NCBI GenBank assembly: GCA_012518115.1
Contig: JAAYTD010000013.1
Coordinates: 64,179-128,178, forward strand
Length of the DNA: 64,000 nt
Reading direction: 5' to 3'
From: Ignavibacteria bacterium
GTDB taxonomy: Bacteria; Bacteroidota; Ignavibacteria; Kapaibacteriales; UBA2268
Shown here: piece by piece, positions 1 to 9,417 of the stretch
Layout of the letters: each line of letters starts with the position of its first letter
How positions within the stretch are numbered: position 1 is the first letter of the stretch
Notes under the pieces: generated by a model
Databases searched by the model: none
What the model was told of the DNA's origin: nothing
The model's input: the letters and a program-made list of their open reading frames with translations, nothing else
Made by a program: the position numbers and the translations under genes

Positions 1-113
1 ATTTATTTAAAAATATTTTTAAGATTATATTGCAAAAATACAAAAACAATTTAAAATAAAAAAAGAAAATTTTGTTATTTTTTAATACTAGCTCTACATA
101 ATCGCTCGTTTAA

Positions 114-147
114 TAAAAAAGTGAGGATAATATCTCCTCACTTTTTA
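114..147. terminator. Rho-independent terminator hairpin downstream of purB (minus strand); stem gtgagga/tcctcac flanked by an A-run and a T-run, so potentially bidirectional
   Basis: Seen in sequence: aaaaaa-GTGAGGA-taatatc-TCCTCAC-ttttt at 114-146, immediately 3-prime of the purB stop. Confidence 0.6.
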
Positions 148-186
148 TTGTTATTTATAGAAATGACTGAACAATCGGGATAATTT

Positions 187-1482
187 TTATTTTATTCCGC
201 AGCGTTTAAAAATAAACTCAACACCTTTGAAAATCTCATCAAAAGAGAAAGCTTTTTCAACTTCAGCTTTTGTTAAATTCTGCATAATATTTTCATTTTC
301 TAAAAGTGTTTGCATAAATGGCACGCCTTCTTCCCAAGTTCTCATAGCAGATTTTTGTACCATTTCGTAAGCTTCTTGTCGCTTTAATCCTTTTTCAATT
401 AATTTCAACATTATTTTTTGAGAACAGAACAATCCTTTAGTTAAGTCAAGATTTTTCTTCATATTATCAGGATAAACAACAAGATTTTCAACTACATTAA
501 TTGTTCTATTTAAAATATAGTCAAAAGTAACTGTAGCATCGGGCAAAGCAATTCGTTCTACGCTTGAATGTGAAATGTCACGTTCGTGCCATAGAACATT
601 ATTTTCTATAGTAGCTATTAGATAGGAGCGTATAAGTCTTGCTTGTCCAGATATATTTTCTGAGCTTATAGGATTTCTTTTGTGTGGCATAGCGCTACTA
701 CCTTTTTGTCCCGGTGAGAAGAACTCTTCAGCTTCTAAAACTTCTGTTCTTTGCAAATGTCTGATTTCTGTTGCAATTTTTTCAAGCAAAGTAGCTGCTA
801 TAGCTAATGCTGATATAAATGCTGCATGAGCATCGCGTTGAATAACTTGAGTTGAAATTGTAACAGGTTTTAGTCCTAATTTTTCACATACGTATTTTTC
901 TATTTCAGGTGATATATGTTCGTAAGTTCCTACCGCACCGCTAATCATTCCAACGCTAGTATCTTGCAAAGCATTTTCAATTCTTTTTATATTTCGCTTA
1001 CATTCTTCGTACCATAGAGCCATTTTCAGCCCGAAAGTAGTAGGTTCGGCATGGATTCCGTGACTTCTTCCTATGCAAACTGTAAATTTATGCTCAATTG
1101 CACGTTTTTTCAAAACTTCAGCTAATTTGTTTAGTTCTTCTAAAATAATTTCGCCTGCTTTTTTTATTTGTACTGCTAACGCTGTATCCAAAACATCACT
1201 TGAAGTCATACCTAAGTGTATCCAACGTGAAGCTTCACCAACGTATTCTTCTACGCAAGTTATAAAAGCTATCATATCATGCTTAGTTTTTTGTTCAATT
1301 TCTTCAATGCGTGCTACGTCGATTTTTGCTTTCTTTTTTATTATTTCTAATTCATCTTGTGGCACTAATCCTAATTTAGCTTGAGCTTCACAGGCTAAAA
1401 TTTCTACTTCAAGCCATAAATTATATTTATATTTATCTGACCAAATGTTCGCCATTTCAGGGCGTGAGTAACGTGGTATCAT
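187..1482 (-). CDS. purB: Adenylosuccinate lyase
   Basis: Translation MIPRYSRPEMANIWSDKYKYNLWLEVEILACEAQ..., ~431 aa, matches the fumarate-lyase family PurB N-terminus and length of Bacillus-type PurB. The start was moved to the internal ATG (MIPRY) because the upstream 14 codons of the tracked ORF look non-native. Confidence 0.9.
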   Translation of the reverse strand: MIPRYSRPEMANIWSDKYKYNLWLEVEILACEAQAKLGLVPQDELEIIKKKAKIDVARIEEIEQKTKHDMIAFITCVEEYVGEASRWIHLGMTSSDVLDTALAVQIKKAGEIILEELNKLAEVLKKRAIEHKFTVCIGRSHGIHAEPTTFGLKMALWYEECKRNIKRIENALQDTSVGMISGAVGTYEHISPEIEKYVCEKLGLKPVTISTQVIQRDAHAAFISALAIAATLLEKIATEIRHLQRTEVLEAEEFFSPGQKGSSAMPHKRNPISSENISGQARLIRSYLIATIENNVLWHERDISHSSVERIALPDATVTFDYILNRTINVVENLVVYPDNMKKNLDLTKGLFCSQKIMLKLIEKGLKRQEAYEMVQKSAMRTWEEGVPFMQTLLENENIMQNLTKAEVEKAFSFDEIFKGVEFIFKRCGIK

Positions 1483-1566
1483 GTTTTTCTTACTATCAAT
1501 TTTTGAAAAAAAAAGGCAGTGCATATTTTTGCCTGCCTATGATATTAATTGTATATAAAGATATTT

Positions 1567-2493
1567 TTAGAAATCTTTTTTATTATTATCCGTTGAAGCA
1601 ATTCTATAATGCTCAATATCTCTTGGACTTAATCTCCTACCTTCAATAAAACGTTTACTATAAAAAGTTGATTCTAAAGAAGAAACGGTAACGCCTTTTC
1701 GAGAGCTAGCGTGAGCAAATAAATTATCACCAAGATAAATACCAACATGCGATGCAAATTTCCTTGAGTAAGTATGGAAAAAGACTAAATCACCGAATTC
1801 TAATTTATTATGTTTAACCTTATGTCCAACTTTAATTTGTTCTCTTGCAGTACGAGGCAAAATAATTTGACAAGCTTCGTGAAAAATTTGTTGTGTCCAA
1901 GCAGAACAATCAACGCTTTTTGTAGTATTACCACCAAATTTATAAGGAGTACCGAACCAATCCATTATAATGGACGTTAGTTCTTCTTTACTTGTACCGA
2001 AGACGGTTTTTTCTTCTTCCGCATCGCTACCACCCATAGCTAAAAGCCAAATAGAGCGAAAATCTTCAAGATTAACTTCTACGTCGTCTTCGGCTTCTAA
2101 TTCTGCTATATTTTCCCCCTCTTCACCTTCAGAGTTTGTTGTATCCATATAGGATCTCAAAAGTGCTATATCGCTTTTAGAAGAGCGAATATCGTCAATA
2201 GAAATTGAATCTACATTCAAATCAACATAAGCGGAAGATGCTTTCGTTGTGTCTACAACTTCTAATCCTGCGAGCTCTGCGACTTCCTCAGAACTTTGTA
2301 TTATAGCTAATGCTTCAGCTTTAGTTTTAGTTTTATTATAAGTTCTTGTACGCTTTGTTCTACTTCTTTTCTTTTTCTTAGAATATGCAACATCATTTAT
2401 CGAAAGACAAAAAAATGCCAGAAGTATTATCGTTACAACAACTTTAATTTTAGAAAGTACATTTAGTTTACTAATCATTTTCTGATTCAACAT
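1567..2493 (-). CDS. NlpC/P60-family cell-wall peptidase with N-terminal signal anchor and an acidic/low-complexity linker
   Basis: C-terminal ~110 aa (GTPYKFGGNTTKSVDCSAW...HVGIYLGDNLFAHAS) show the Cys-His NlpC/P60 catalytic signature. N-terminus has a hydrophobic TM/signal segment followed by a K/R/T-rich stretch. Confidence 0.8.
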   Translation of the reverse strand: MLNQKMISKLNVLSKIKVVVTIILLAFFCLSINDVAYSKKKKRSRTKRTRTYNKTKTKAEALAIIQSSEEVAELAGLEVVDTTKASSAYVDLNVDSISIDDIRSSKSDIALLRSYMDTTNSEGEEGENIAELEAEDDVEVNLEDFRSIWLLAMGGSDAEEEKTVFGTSKEELTSIIMDWFGTPYKFGGNTTKSVDCSAWTQQIFHEACQIILPRTAREQIKVGHKVKHNKLEFGDLVFFHTYSRKFASHVGIYLGDNLFAHASSRKGVTVSSLESTFYSKRFIEGRRLSPRDIEHYRIASTDNNKKDF

Positions 2494-2771
2494 TTATTTT
2501 ACATAACTCTTTTTTCAAGGATTGCTCTTAATTTTTTTATATATTAAGAGAATACCTTGATATTCATTATTATATACAATAAAATAGCAGCAAAATTTTA
2601 TTAAGATACTAAATTACATACATAAGAAGTGTGCAAGATAATATTTTTTTATTTAAAAATCAAACTTTTTATAAAAAAAACTTGTGTTTTTTTTGAGAAA
2701 TATAAGCAAATATTCGTGTAATTGTCTTGAAAATAAAAAGATAAGTAGACGTGTTTTTTTTAATATTTTTT

Positions 2772-4424
2772 TCAATCTATAATGATAAATTCCGTTCTTC
2801 TGTTCTTTTTTCTATTTTCTTCTGTGTCGTTCGGAGCTATTGGTTTTGATTTTCCATACCCTTCAACTTCTAATCTATTTTCATCAACACCAAGTTTTAT
2901 TAATTCGTTGCGTACTGCTTTAGCGCGTTCAAGAGAAAGCTTTATGTTATATTTATCGCTACCAAGATTGTCAGTATGTCCGCAAATTTTTACTTTTATA
3001 TTTGTATTGCGTTTTAATTGACTAGCTATATCATCAATTAAATCACGAGAGCTCGGACTTATAGTAGCCTTGTCATATTCAAATTCAATATCTACAAGAG
3101 TTATTGAGCCAGTTTCTGCAAAGTCGTTAAAAGTTGATTTATCATATTGCCCGATCAGGGTAAAATTTTCATTAATTTCATTTAAATCAAGTTTTAATTT
3201 TATATCATGCAAGTCATTGCAAGGTTGAGGCTTGTAAGTTATTCTATAATAATTTGTTAAGAGCTTATAGATATATTGAAATACTTTTGAAAAATCGGAA
3301 ATTTTTTGAATATAAAATAATCTACCTTCAGTATCTTTTGCAATTTTTTCTAAGTCTCTAATAGTGTATCCCATAGAAAACTTATCTAAACTTGATATTT
3401 CTTTTGTATCTGTATATAAAAAAATTGGGAATACTTGAACTTTTTCTTTACGAAGTGCGCCTATTGTTTTTTTGTAGTTAAACATAGAACTAAAGCCGTC
3501 AGTAAGCAAAATAATAATGCGTCTATAGTCATCAGGTACATTTTTTAAAACCGACAAAGCTGAATCTAAAGCGAGTAAAATATCTGTGCCACTACCATAC
3601 TTTTTACTTGCCATACCGTTAATTTTGAACTGTTCTTTAAATAGCGATTTACTTTGTGTTGGATGTACTTCAATCGTCGGTCTGCTTGTGAATTTTACAG
3701 CTGAAAGATAATCATTCTCTTTGACTTTCGTTGTGGAATAAATTGTAGCTTGCTGCAAAATAACTGTTCGTTTCTCGCCCATAGAAGGAGAATGATCTAA
3801 GACATAACAAATAGAAAAATTAGGACTTGTAAGTGCCTTAATTTCTTCAATCTTAAAATTATCTATTCTGTGTGCAACTCCCTTGCAAGAGTCAATAAGA
3901 GATGTCCAATAATCTTTATAATTTTCTTTAGCTAAGCCAGATACAAAATAACCTTTATTGTTTGTTACAATTGCGTTAATGACAATAGAATCAGGAAAAG
4001 AACTTGCATCTATTGAAGAAATTTTAGCATTAAAATAAATGTCTTCTTCGGGTAAATAAAAATCCTCTAAAGAATTGTTTTCTTCGCTTGCTTCTTTGCT
4101 GGCTATTTCCTTAGTTTCGTTAGAACTAGCTCTACTATAAGTTTCTTTTGAGTGTGAAGTATCTGTTTCTGTAGCTAGTGAAAAGTTAGAAGATTTATCT
4201 TTAGCTGTTTTGCTGTTTTTCAGTTCGGAAATATCAACAAAATGTTCTTTATAATCTATATTATCAGGATTACTACTCGCTATAATATGAGATAAATTTG
4301 TCAATTCTGTAGAATCTTTTTTCGCTTTATCTTGCATTTTTTTAAATGATTCTGTTAGAAGAATAGTGCAAGAATTAGAAAAAAAACAGATAGAAAAAAG
4401 TAGTAAAAAGATCTTTAATTTCAT
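2772..4424 (-). CDS. Lipoprotein with von Willebrand factor A (vWA) domain and C-terminal OmpA-like peptidoglycan-binding domain
   Basis: Lipoprotein-type signal (LLLFSICFFSNSC); vWA-like block (ILLTDGFSS); C-terminal GHTDNLGSDKYNIKLSLERAKAVRNELIKLGV...NRRTEFII is the canonical OmpA C-terminal motif. Start overlaps the stop of the upstream gene by 1 nt (4424). Confidence 0.8.
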   Translation of the reverse strand: MKLKIFLLLFSICFFSNSCTILLTESFKKMQDKAKKDSTELTNLSHIIASSNPDNIDYKEHFVDISELKNSKTAKDKSSNFSLATETDTSHSKETYSRASSNETKEIASKEASEENNSLEDFYLPEEDIYFNAKISSIDASSFPDSIVINAIVTNNKGYFVSGLAKENYKDYWTSLIDSCKGVAHRIDNFKIEEIKALTSPNFSICYVLDHSPSMGEKRTVILQQATIYSTTKVKENDYLSAVKFTSRPTIEVHPTQSKSLFKEQFKINGMASKKYGSGTDILLALDSALSVLKNVPDDYRRIIILLTDGFSSMFNYKKTIGALRKEKVQVFPIFLYTDTKEISSLDKFSMGYTIRDLEKIAKDTEGRLFYIQKISDFSKVFQYIYKLLTNYYRITYKPQPCNDLHDIKLKLDLNEINENFTLIGQYDKSTFNDFAETGSITLVDIEFEYDKATISPSSRDLIDDIASQLKRNTNIKVKICGHTDNLGSDKYNIKLSLERAKAVRNELIKLGVDENRLEVEGYGKSKPIAPNDTEENRKKNRRTEFIIID

Positions 4425-5116
4425 TATTTTATTAAAACAAAAGGATAAAAATGCATGCCTAAATCTGTTTCAAGAAAAATCCAATATTTTCCCATCGGTG
4501 AATTACTATCTAAATCTATAGTTAAATTATCTCTGCCAATTTTTTCTTTATAAAACTCTTTTTGCCATATTTGTTCGCCCGCTTCATTGAAAATTTTGAA
4601 TTTTATAGAAGAAGGTAAATCTGCAAAATACTCTACATTAAAAGTTGTATTTTTAATAGCTGGATTTGGATATATATTAGATATTTTTGCAAACTTTGCA
4701 TAATTAGAATGAATAAGCGGATTTTTTGAAATTATTGAAACCGCAGTATCAATTTTAAGATTGTTGTCATCTGCTATTATATCAAAGAAAAGTAAATTAG
4801 TTATTGTATCGTTTCCAGCAAGAGCGGTGCCGTAAATCGTCAAATTAATTTCGCTTGCATTAAGATTTTGAGCCGAACAATTTATTTCAAAATAATCGCG
4901 TTCTAAGTCCATTAAATATAAGTCGTTAATCTTTATTGAATCAACAAAGAAAACGGTAGGATTAGAGCTGGCTAGTTTAAAAGACAATTCGCTGATTTGT
5001 TTTTCTACAATCCAATTTTTAAAAGTAAAATTCATACTTTTGCCTGCTTCGCCATAGTATTGCGAGAAGCAAATGTTGCTAAGTAAAAAGAATAGAATGA
5101 TAAAATATGTTTTCAT
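4424..5116 (-). CDS. Secreted protein with putative T9SS (Por) C-terminal sorting domain
   Basis: Signal peptide MKTYFIILFFLLSNICFSQ. Last ~80 aa begin with YPNP and show alternating hydrophobic strands (IKFKIFNEAGEQIW...GKYWIFLETD), typical of TIGR04183-type CTDs. Start chosen at the internal ATG preceding the signal peptide. Confidence 0.5.
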   Translation of the reverse strand: MKTYFIILFFLLSNICFSQYYGEAGKSMNFTFKNWIVEKQISELSFKLASSNPTVFFVDSIKINDLYLMDLERDYFEINCSAQNLNASEINLTIYGTALAGNDTITNLLFFDIIADDNNLKIDTAVSIISKNPLIHSNYAKFAKISNIYPNPAIKNTTFNVEYFADLPSSIKFKIFNEAGEQIWQKEFYKEKIGRDNLTIDLDSNSPMGKYWIFLETDLGMHFYPFVLIK

Positions 5117-5259
5117 TAATATTACATTTTTCCATATACTTACAATTTGTAAATATATGGAAAAAATAATTTCTTGCAAAAAATATATTTAAAGTTTATA
5201 AAAAACTTCTTTTGAAAAACAATAAATCTAAATAACGTATTTTCTAAAATCAAAGATGT

Positions 5260-6015
5260 TTATTCTGGCATTGCTTTCCAAGGAACAATGCCGACACTTG
5301 CAGTTTTACCTGTTTTTGTGGTAAATTCTACATTCACAAGTCCAAATTTATGATTTGCAAAATAAGTTATTTTTTCAATAAACGGTTCATTTACAATTTC
5401 TTCGACTTTTGTTACTTTAATTTTCCACCAAACAAGATCATAGCTTTCCTTGTCTTCATCTTTATAAACAACAGTTCTAACAAACTTTTCACCTTGAGAA
5501 TTAACAAACTCATATTTATCGCCAACTTTACAATTATATTTTATAAGTGTAAACGGTTTTATAGGGTCGTGAAGAAAGCCTTGAATTCCTTGATCTGTAA
5601 TTTTTGTTTTGATATCGTATTCAAAAAAACTGTTTTGCGAATCGGAAGTATCTAATTTAAAGTTATACTTTTTTTTCATCGCATCAATCCAAGCATTTTT
5701 TACATCTACGTCAATGGTTTCTAAACCTAAAAGTGTATCTAAAATTAACTTAGCTTTTTTGTCAAAATTAACTTTTAGATGTATTGTAACAATACCTTCT
5801 TCATTTTTTGTTACAAATGCTTTTGGTTCAAATTTTCCATCTTTAAAATCACCGATTTTTTGATAAATCCCATATTCAGCACCTACTTCATTTTGTGGAA
5901 GATTCCAATTTCCTCCTAAAGTATTCGGGTCTTCTGCAATTTCTGTTTCGCAGGAAGAAAACAGTATAGCAAGAAGAATAAGTGATAAAATTAAATAGAA
6001 ATTATGCTTATACAT
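5260..6015 (-). CDS. Hypothetical lipoprotein
   Basis: N-terminal lipobox LILLAILFSSC; no recognisable domain by eye. Confidence 0.5.
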   Translation of the reverse strand: MYKHNFYLILSLILLAILFSSCETEIAEDPNTLGGNWNLPQNEVGAEYGIYQKIGDFKDGKFEPKAFVTKNEEGIVTIHLKVNFDKKAKLILDTLLGLETIDVDVKNAWIDAMKKKYNFKLDTSDSQNSFFEYDIKTKITDQGIQGFLHDPIKPFTLIKYNCKVGDKYEFVNSQGEKFVRTVVYKDEDKESYDLVWWKIKVTKVEEIVNEPFIEKITYFANHKFGLVNVEFTTKTGKTASVGIVPWKAMPE

Positions 6016-6139
6016 AAAACACCTCTAAAAAGTAAAATAAACGAAAGAATTAATTTGTAAATATATATATAAATTATCAAAAAATAAGCAAGAAGATAAA
6101 AAATAGTTTTGTTTTTGTTTGTGTTTTAATTTTATCTAT

Positions 6140-6520
6140 AATATTGGCACTCCTTAATTTGACCTCTCCAAACTCTCCCAAAGAGGGGAATTTTAAAACT
6201 CTCCTCCTTTGGAGGAGCCGGAGGAGGTTATTAATTATATATCCTTAAAAATCCCGTAGGGATGACATGATTAATAGACTACCCCGTCAAGCTAGCGTTT
6301 GCCACCCCTTCGTCCCGAAGGGGAATTTGTAGCCCGACCTTCAGGCAAGTATAATTTTAAAAATCATACTAATCATACAAATCCCATAAATCATAGTTCA
6401 GACAATTTATAGACTACCCCGTCAAACTTCGTTTGCCACCCCTTCGTCCCGAAGGGGAATTTGTAGCCTGACCTTTATGGAAAAACATCACATAAATCAT
6501 ACAAATCGCAGTTCAGACAA
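6140..6520. repeat. Intergenic mosaic of GC-rich palindromic repeat modules (REP/BIME-like), including two tandem ~125-bp units each containing gactaccccgtcaa...gccaccccttcgtcccgaaggggaatttgtagcc
   Basis: Seen in sequence: modules at 6225-6263 (atccttaaaaatcccgtagggat) and at 6277-6339 and 6412-6473 (near-identical). The same modules recur in reverse complement at 15125-15600 and at 23521-23590. Confidence 0.7.
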
Positions 6521-6560
6521 AAAAAAGACTGTCCGATTTTTTTCGCACAGTCTTTTTTTA
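6519..6560. terminator. Rho-independent terminator downstream of rocA (minus strand); A-run/hairpin/T-run, bidirectional in form
   Basis: aaaaaaaa-GACTGTCCGA-ttttttt-TCGCACAGTC-ttttttt; imperfect ~10-bp stem. Confidence 0.55.
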
Positions 6561-6582
6561 TTAATTTAGCCTTTTTCTATTA

Positions 6583-8127
6583 TTAGCGAGATGCTATAGA
6601 TTTTCCTTGTAAGAACAGCATCAAATAGTCGCGGCTACCAGCTTTAGAATCTGTTCCACTCATATTGAAACCGCCGAATGGATGAACATCTACCATAGCT
6701 CCTGTACATTTTCTATTAATATATAGGTTACCTACGTGGAATTCATTTTTAGCGCGTTCAATTTTATGAGGATTAAGTGTAAATACTGAACCTGTTAATC
6801 CGTAAATAGTATTATTTGCAACACTTAGTGAATGATCGTAATCCCGTGTTTTGCAAACAGCAAGAACTGGACCGAAGATTTCTTCTTGCATTATGCGAGC
6901 ATTTTCATCAACATCAATAAAGATTGTTGGTTCAATGTAATATCCGTTTGTACTTGAATCAACTTTTTTGCCACCGCATAACAATTTTCCTTCTTTTTTT
7001 CCTATTTCTATATATTCTAGAACTGATTCATATTGACTCTTGTTAGCGCAAGGTCCTGCTTGTGCATCATCAATAGGATCGCCTACTTTAATAGCTTCTG
7101 TTTTTTCTTTAATCATTTTCACAAATTCATCATAAACTTTTTCATCTACGATAGCACGTGAACAAGCGGAGCATTTTTGTCCTTGGAAACCAAAAGCGGA
7201 GCCTACTACAGCAGTAGCTGCTTCTTCAAGATTTGCTTCGCTATCTACAACTATTGCATCTTTTCCGCCCATTTCTGCGATAACGCGTTTAATCCAGATT
7301 TGTCCCGGAGAAACAACGTTTGCTCTTTCGAAAATGCGTAATCCGACATCTTTCGAGCCTGTGAAAGATATGAAGCGAGTTTTTGGATGTTCTACTATAT
7401 AATCACCTGTTTCTGAACCACTTGCAACTAAGAAGTTAAGTACACCGTCAGGAAGTCCAACTTTTTTAAATATATCAACTAAAAGCCACGCCATCATAGG
7501 TGTATCTGATGATGGTTTCAATACAACAGTATTTCCTGTTACTATAGCGGAAGTTGTAATTCCTGTCATAATTGCGAATGGGAAGTTCCAAGGTGGAATT
7601 ACTACGCCAACTCCAAGTGGGATATATTTATATTCGTTAATTTCGCCTGGGAAAGGTGTTAAATCTTGATTTTTTGAATAGCGAATAGCTTCACGTCCGT
7701 AAAACTCAAGAAAATCTATTGCTTCGCAAGTATCAGCGTCAGCTTCAAGGTAATTTTTTCCTATTTCGGAAATCATCCAAGCATTTATTTCTAAACGACG
7801 TTTTCTAACTTCTTCAGCAGCGCGGAACAAATAATTTGCGCGAATTTCTGCAGGAACAGTTTTCCATGTTTCAAAAGCTTTTGATGCAGCTTCAATAGCT
7901 TCATTAGCATCTTTTTGACCTGCTTTTTGAAAAGTTCCTATAACTTCTGTAGGTCTTGCTGGATTTGTAGAAATTGTTTTTTTGTCGGTAAAGACTTCTT
8001 TACCATTAATAATATTTGGAAATTCTTTGCCAAATTGTGAGCGAACAAAATCAATTGCTTCTCTTTGACTACGCTTGATTTCAGCGTTTGAAAAATCTAA
8101 ATAAGTTGCATTGCTAAATTCTAACAT
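6583..8127 (-). CDS. rocA: 1-pyrroline-5-carboxylate (L-glutamate gamma-semialdehyde) dehydrogenase
   Basis: 514 aa. Long blocks nearly identical to Bacillus RocA-type P5CDH (EADADTCEAIDFLEFY, KRVIAEMGGKD, ARIMQEEIFGPVLAVCK, FHVGNLYINRKCTGAMV, PFGGFNMSGTDSKAG). ALDH-superfamily catalytic Cys present (GQKCSACSRA). Confidence 0.9.
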   Translation of the reverse strand: MLEFSNATYLDFSNAEIKRSQREAIDFVRSQFGKEFPNIINGKEVFTDKKTISTNPARPTEVIGTFQKAGQKDANEAIEAASKAFETWKTVPAEIRANYLFRAAEEVRKRRLEINAWMISEIGKNYLEADADTCEAIDFLEFYGREAIRYSKNQDLTPFPGEINEYKYIPLGVGVVIPPWNFPFAIMTGITTSAIVTGNTVVLKPSSDTPMMAWLLVDIFKKVGLPDGVLNFLVASGSETGDYIVEHPKTRFISFTGSKDVGLRIFERANVVSPGQIWIKRVIAEMGGKDAIVVDSEANLEEAATAVVGSAFGFQGQKCSACSRAIVDEKVYDEFVKMIKEKTEAIKVGDPIDDAQAGPCANKSQYESVLEYIEIGKKEGKLLCGGKKVDSSTNGYYIEPTIFIDVDENARIMQEEIFGPVLAVCKTRDYDHSLSVANNTIYGLTGSVFTLNPHKIERAKNEFHVGNLYINRKCTGAMVDVHPFGGFNMSGTDSKAGSRDYLMLFLQGKSIASR

Positions 8128-8371
8128 TGCTTTTCTCCTATTTGAACAAATTATAATAAAAATAGATTAATAATATACGAATAAAAAATGAAATTTACGT
8201 AATAAAAATATGTTTTTTGAAAATTTATCTATTTTTTTGAAAAGTAAAATAAATTTTTACGTAAAACGTATATATATTCTTATGTTATTTTCAAATTAAT
8301 CCGTAAATTAACAGTCCGTAATTTACAATTAATGTAAGAAAAAAAATTGAAGAATTGAATTAGTGTTGATA

Positions 8372-8896
8372 ATGAGAACATTGGAGTTTAGAGATAGGCT
8401 TTTGAAAATCAAATTATTAGCTATGGATGTTGATGGCACTTTAACAAACAGGAGTGTTTATTACTCTAATCGTGGCGAGGAGTTAAAGCGTTTTAATGTG
8501 CATGACGGAATGGGAATAACACTACTGCATCAATCGGGTATTCAAACTTTAATTATTTCAAGTGATCCTTCAGATATTCCGACAAGACGAGTAGAAAAAC
8601 TTGGAGTAACTTATCAAATAATAGGAGCTAAGCGTAAGTTTCTTAAACTTCAAAACTTGCTTCAAGAGATAGGAATTGCACCTGAAGAAGTAGCTTATAT
8701 CGGAGATGATGTAAATGATTTAGAAGTTATAGATTATGTCGGTTTTTCGGCAGCCCCTAAAGATGCTACTGAAACAGTTAGAAACAAGGTTGATTATGTT
8801 TTAGATTATGAAGCTGGTGGAGGCGCTGTTCGTCAGTTATGCGAGTTAATACTTTTAGCTCAAGATAAACCTATAATTTTAGAATATAAAGAATAA
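8372..8896 (+). CDS. kdsC: 3-deoxy-D-manno-octulosonate-8-phosphate phosphatase (HAD superfamily)
   Basis: ~175 aa; HAD motif I LAMDVDGTLTN, motif IV IGDDVNDLEV; size and motifs typical of KdsC. The tracked ORF starts on GTG at 8363; the first ATG (MRTLEF) is at 8372. Confidence 0.75.
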   Translation: MRTLEFRDRLLKIKLLAMDVDGTLTNRSVYYSNRGEELKRFNVHDGMGITLLHQSGIQTLIISSDPSDIPTRRVEKLGVTYQIIGAKRKFLKLQNLLQEIGIAPEEVAYIGDDVNDLEVIDYVGFSAAPKDATETVRNKVDYVLDYEAGGGAVRQLCELILLAQDKPIILEYKE

Positions 8897-8968
8897 TAAG
8901 TACTTTAGTCTTTAACACTTTAGTATATATACATTTTATTTTACGAATATTTTTGGAGAATTTAAATT

Positions 8969-9325
8969 ATGCAAGACCAAGAAACAAACTACAAATCATT
9001 TATTTTAGGAGCCTTAGTTGGAGGTGTAATAGGTGCACTTTCCGCTCTTCTTTTCGCACCGAAAAGCGGCAAAGAATTGAGAAGAGATATAGCTGATACT
9101 TCTACTGACCTTTATGACCGCGCTAGTGACTATGTTTCACAGATAGTTCAAGACGGCAAAAACAAAGCTCAAAGTATTATAAATACTGCTAGACATAAAG
9201 CTGATGTAATTATTTCAGATGCAAATGATTACAAAGATTCTGTACAAAACAGATTTGATAATCTTAAAGATGCAGCAAAGGCAGGAGCAGAGGCTTTTAA
9301 AGCAGATTTAAAAAAGGATAATTAA
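8969..9325 (+). CDS. YtxH-like small membrane-anchored protein
   Basis: 118 aa; N-terminal hydrophobic helix (FILGALVGGVIGALSALLFAPKSGKELRRD) followed by a charged coiled region, the YtxH family signature. Confidence 0.6.
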   Translation: MQDQETNYKSFILGALVGGVIGALSALLFAPKSGKELRRDIADTSTDLYDRASDYVSQIVQDGKNKAQSIINTARHKADVIISDANDYKDSVQNRFDNLKDAAKAGAEAFKADLKKDN

Positions 9326-9347
9326 AAATACCTTTTCAAAAGTAAAA

Positions 9348-9384
9348 TATAGTCGGCAGATGTAAATTGCCGACTATGTTTTTA
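9348..9384 (+). terminator. Rho-independent terminator after the ytxH-like gene
   Basis: ATAGTCGGCA-gatgtaaat-TGCCGACTAT followed by ttttt. Confidence 0.65.
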
Positions 9385-9417
9385 TTGTTTTCTTAACAAA
9401 ATAAAATTGGTGAAAAA

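Noticed and set aside
1073-1384. 103-aa plus-strand ORF
   Set aside because: Entirely inside purB on the opposite strand.
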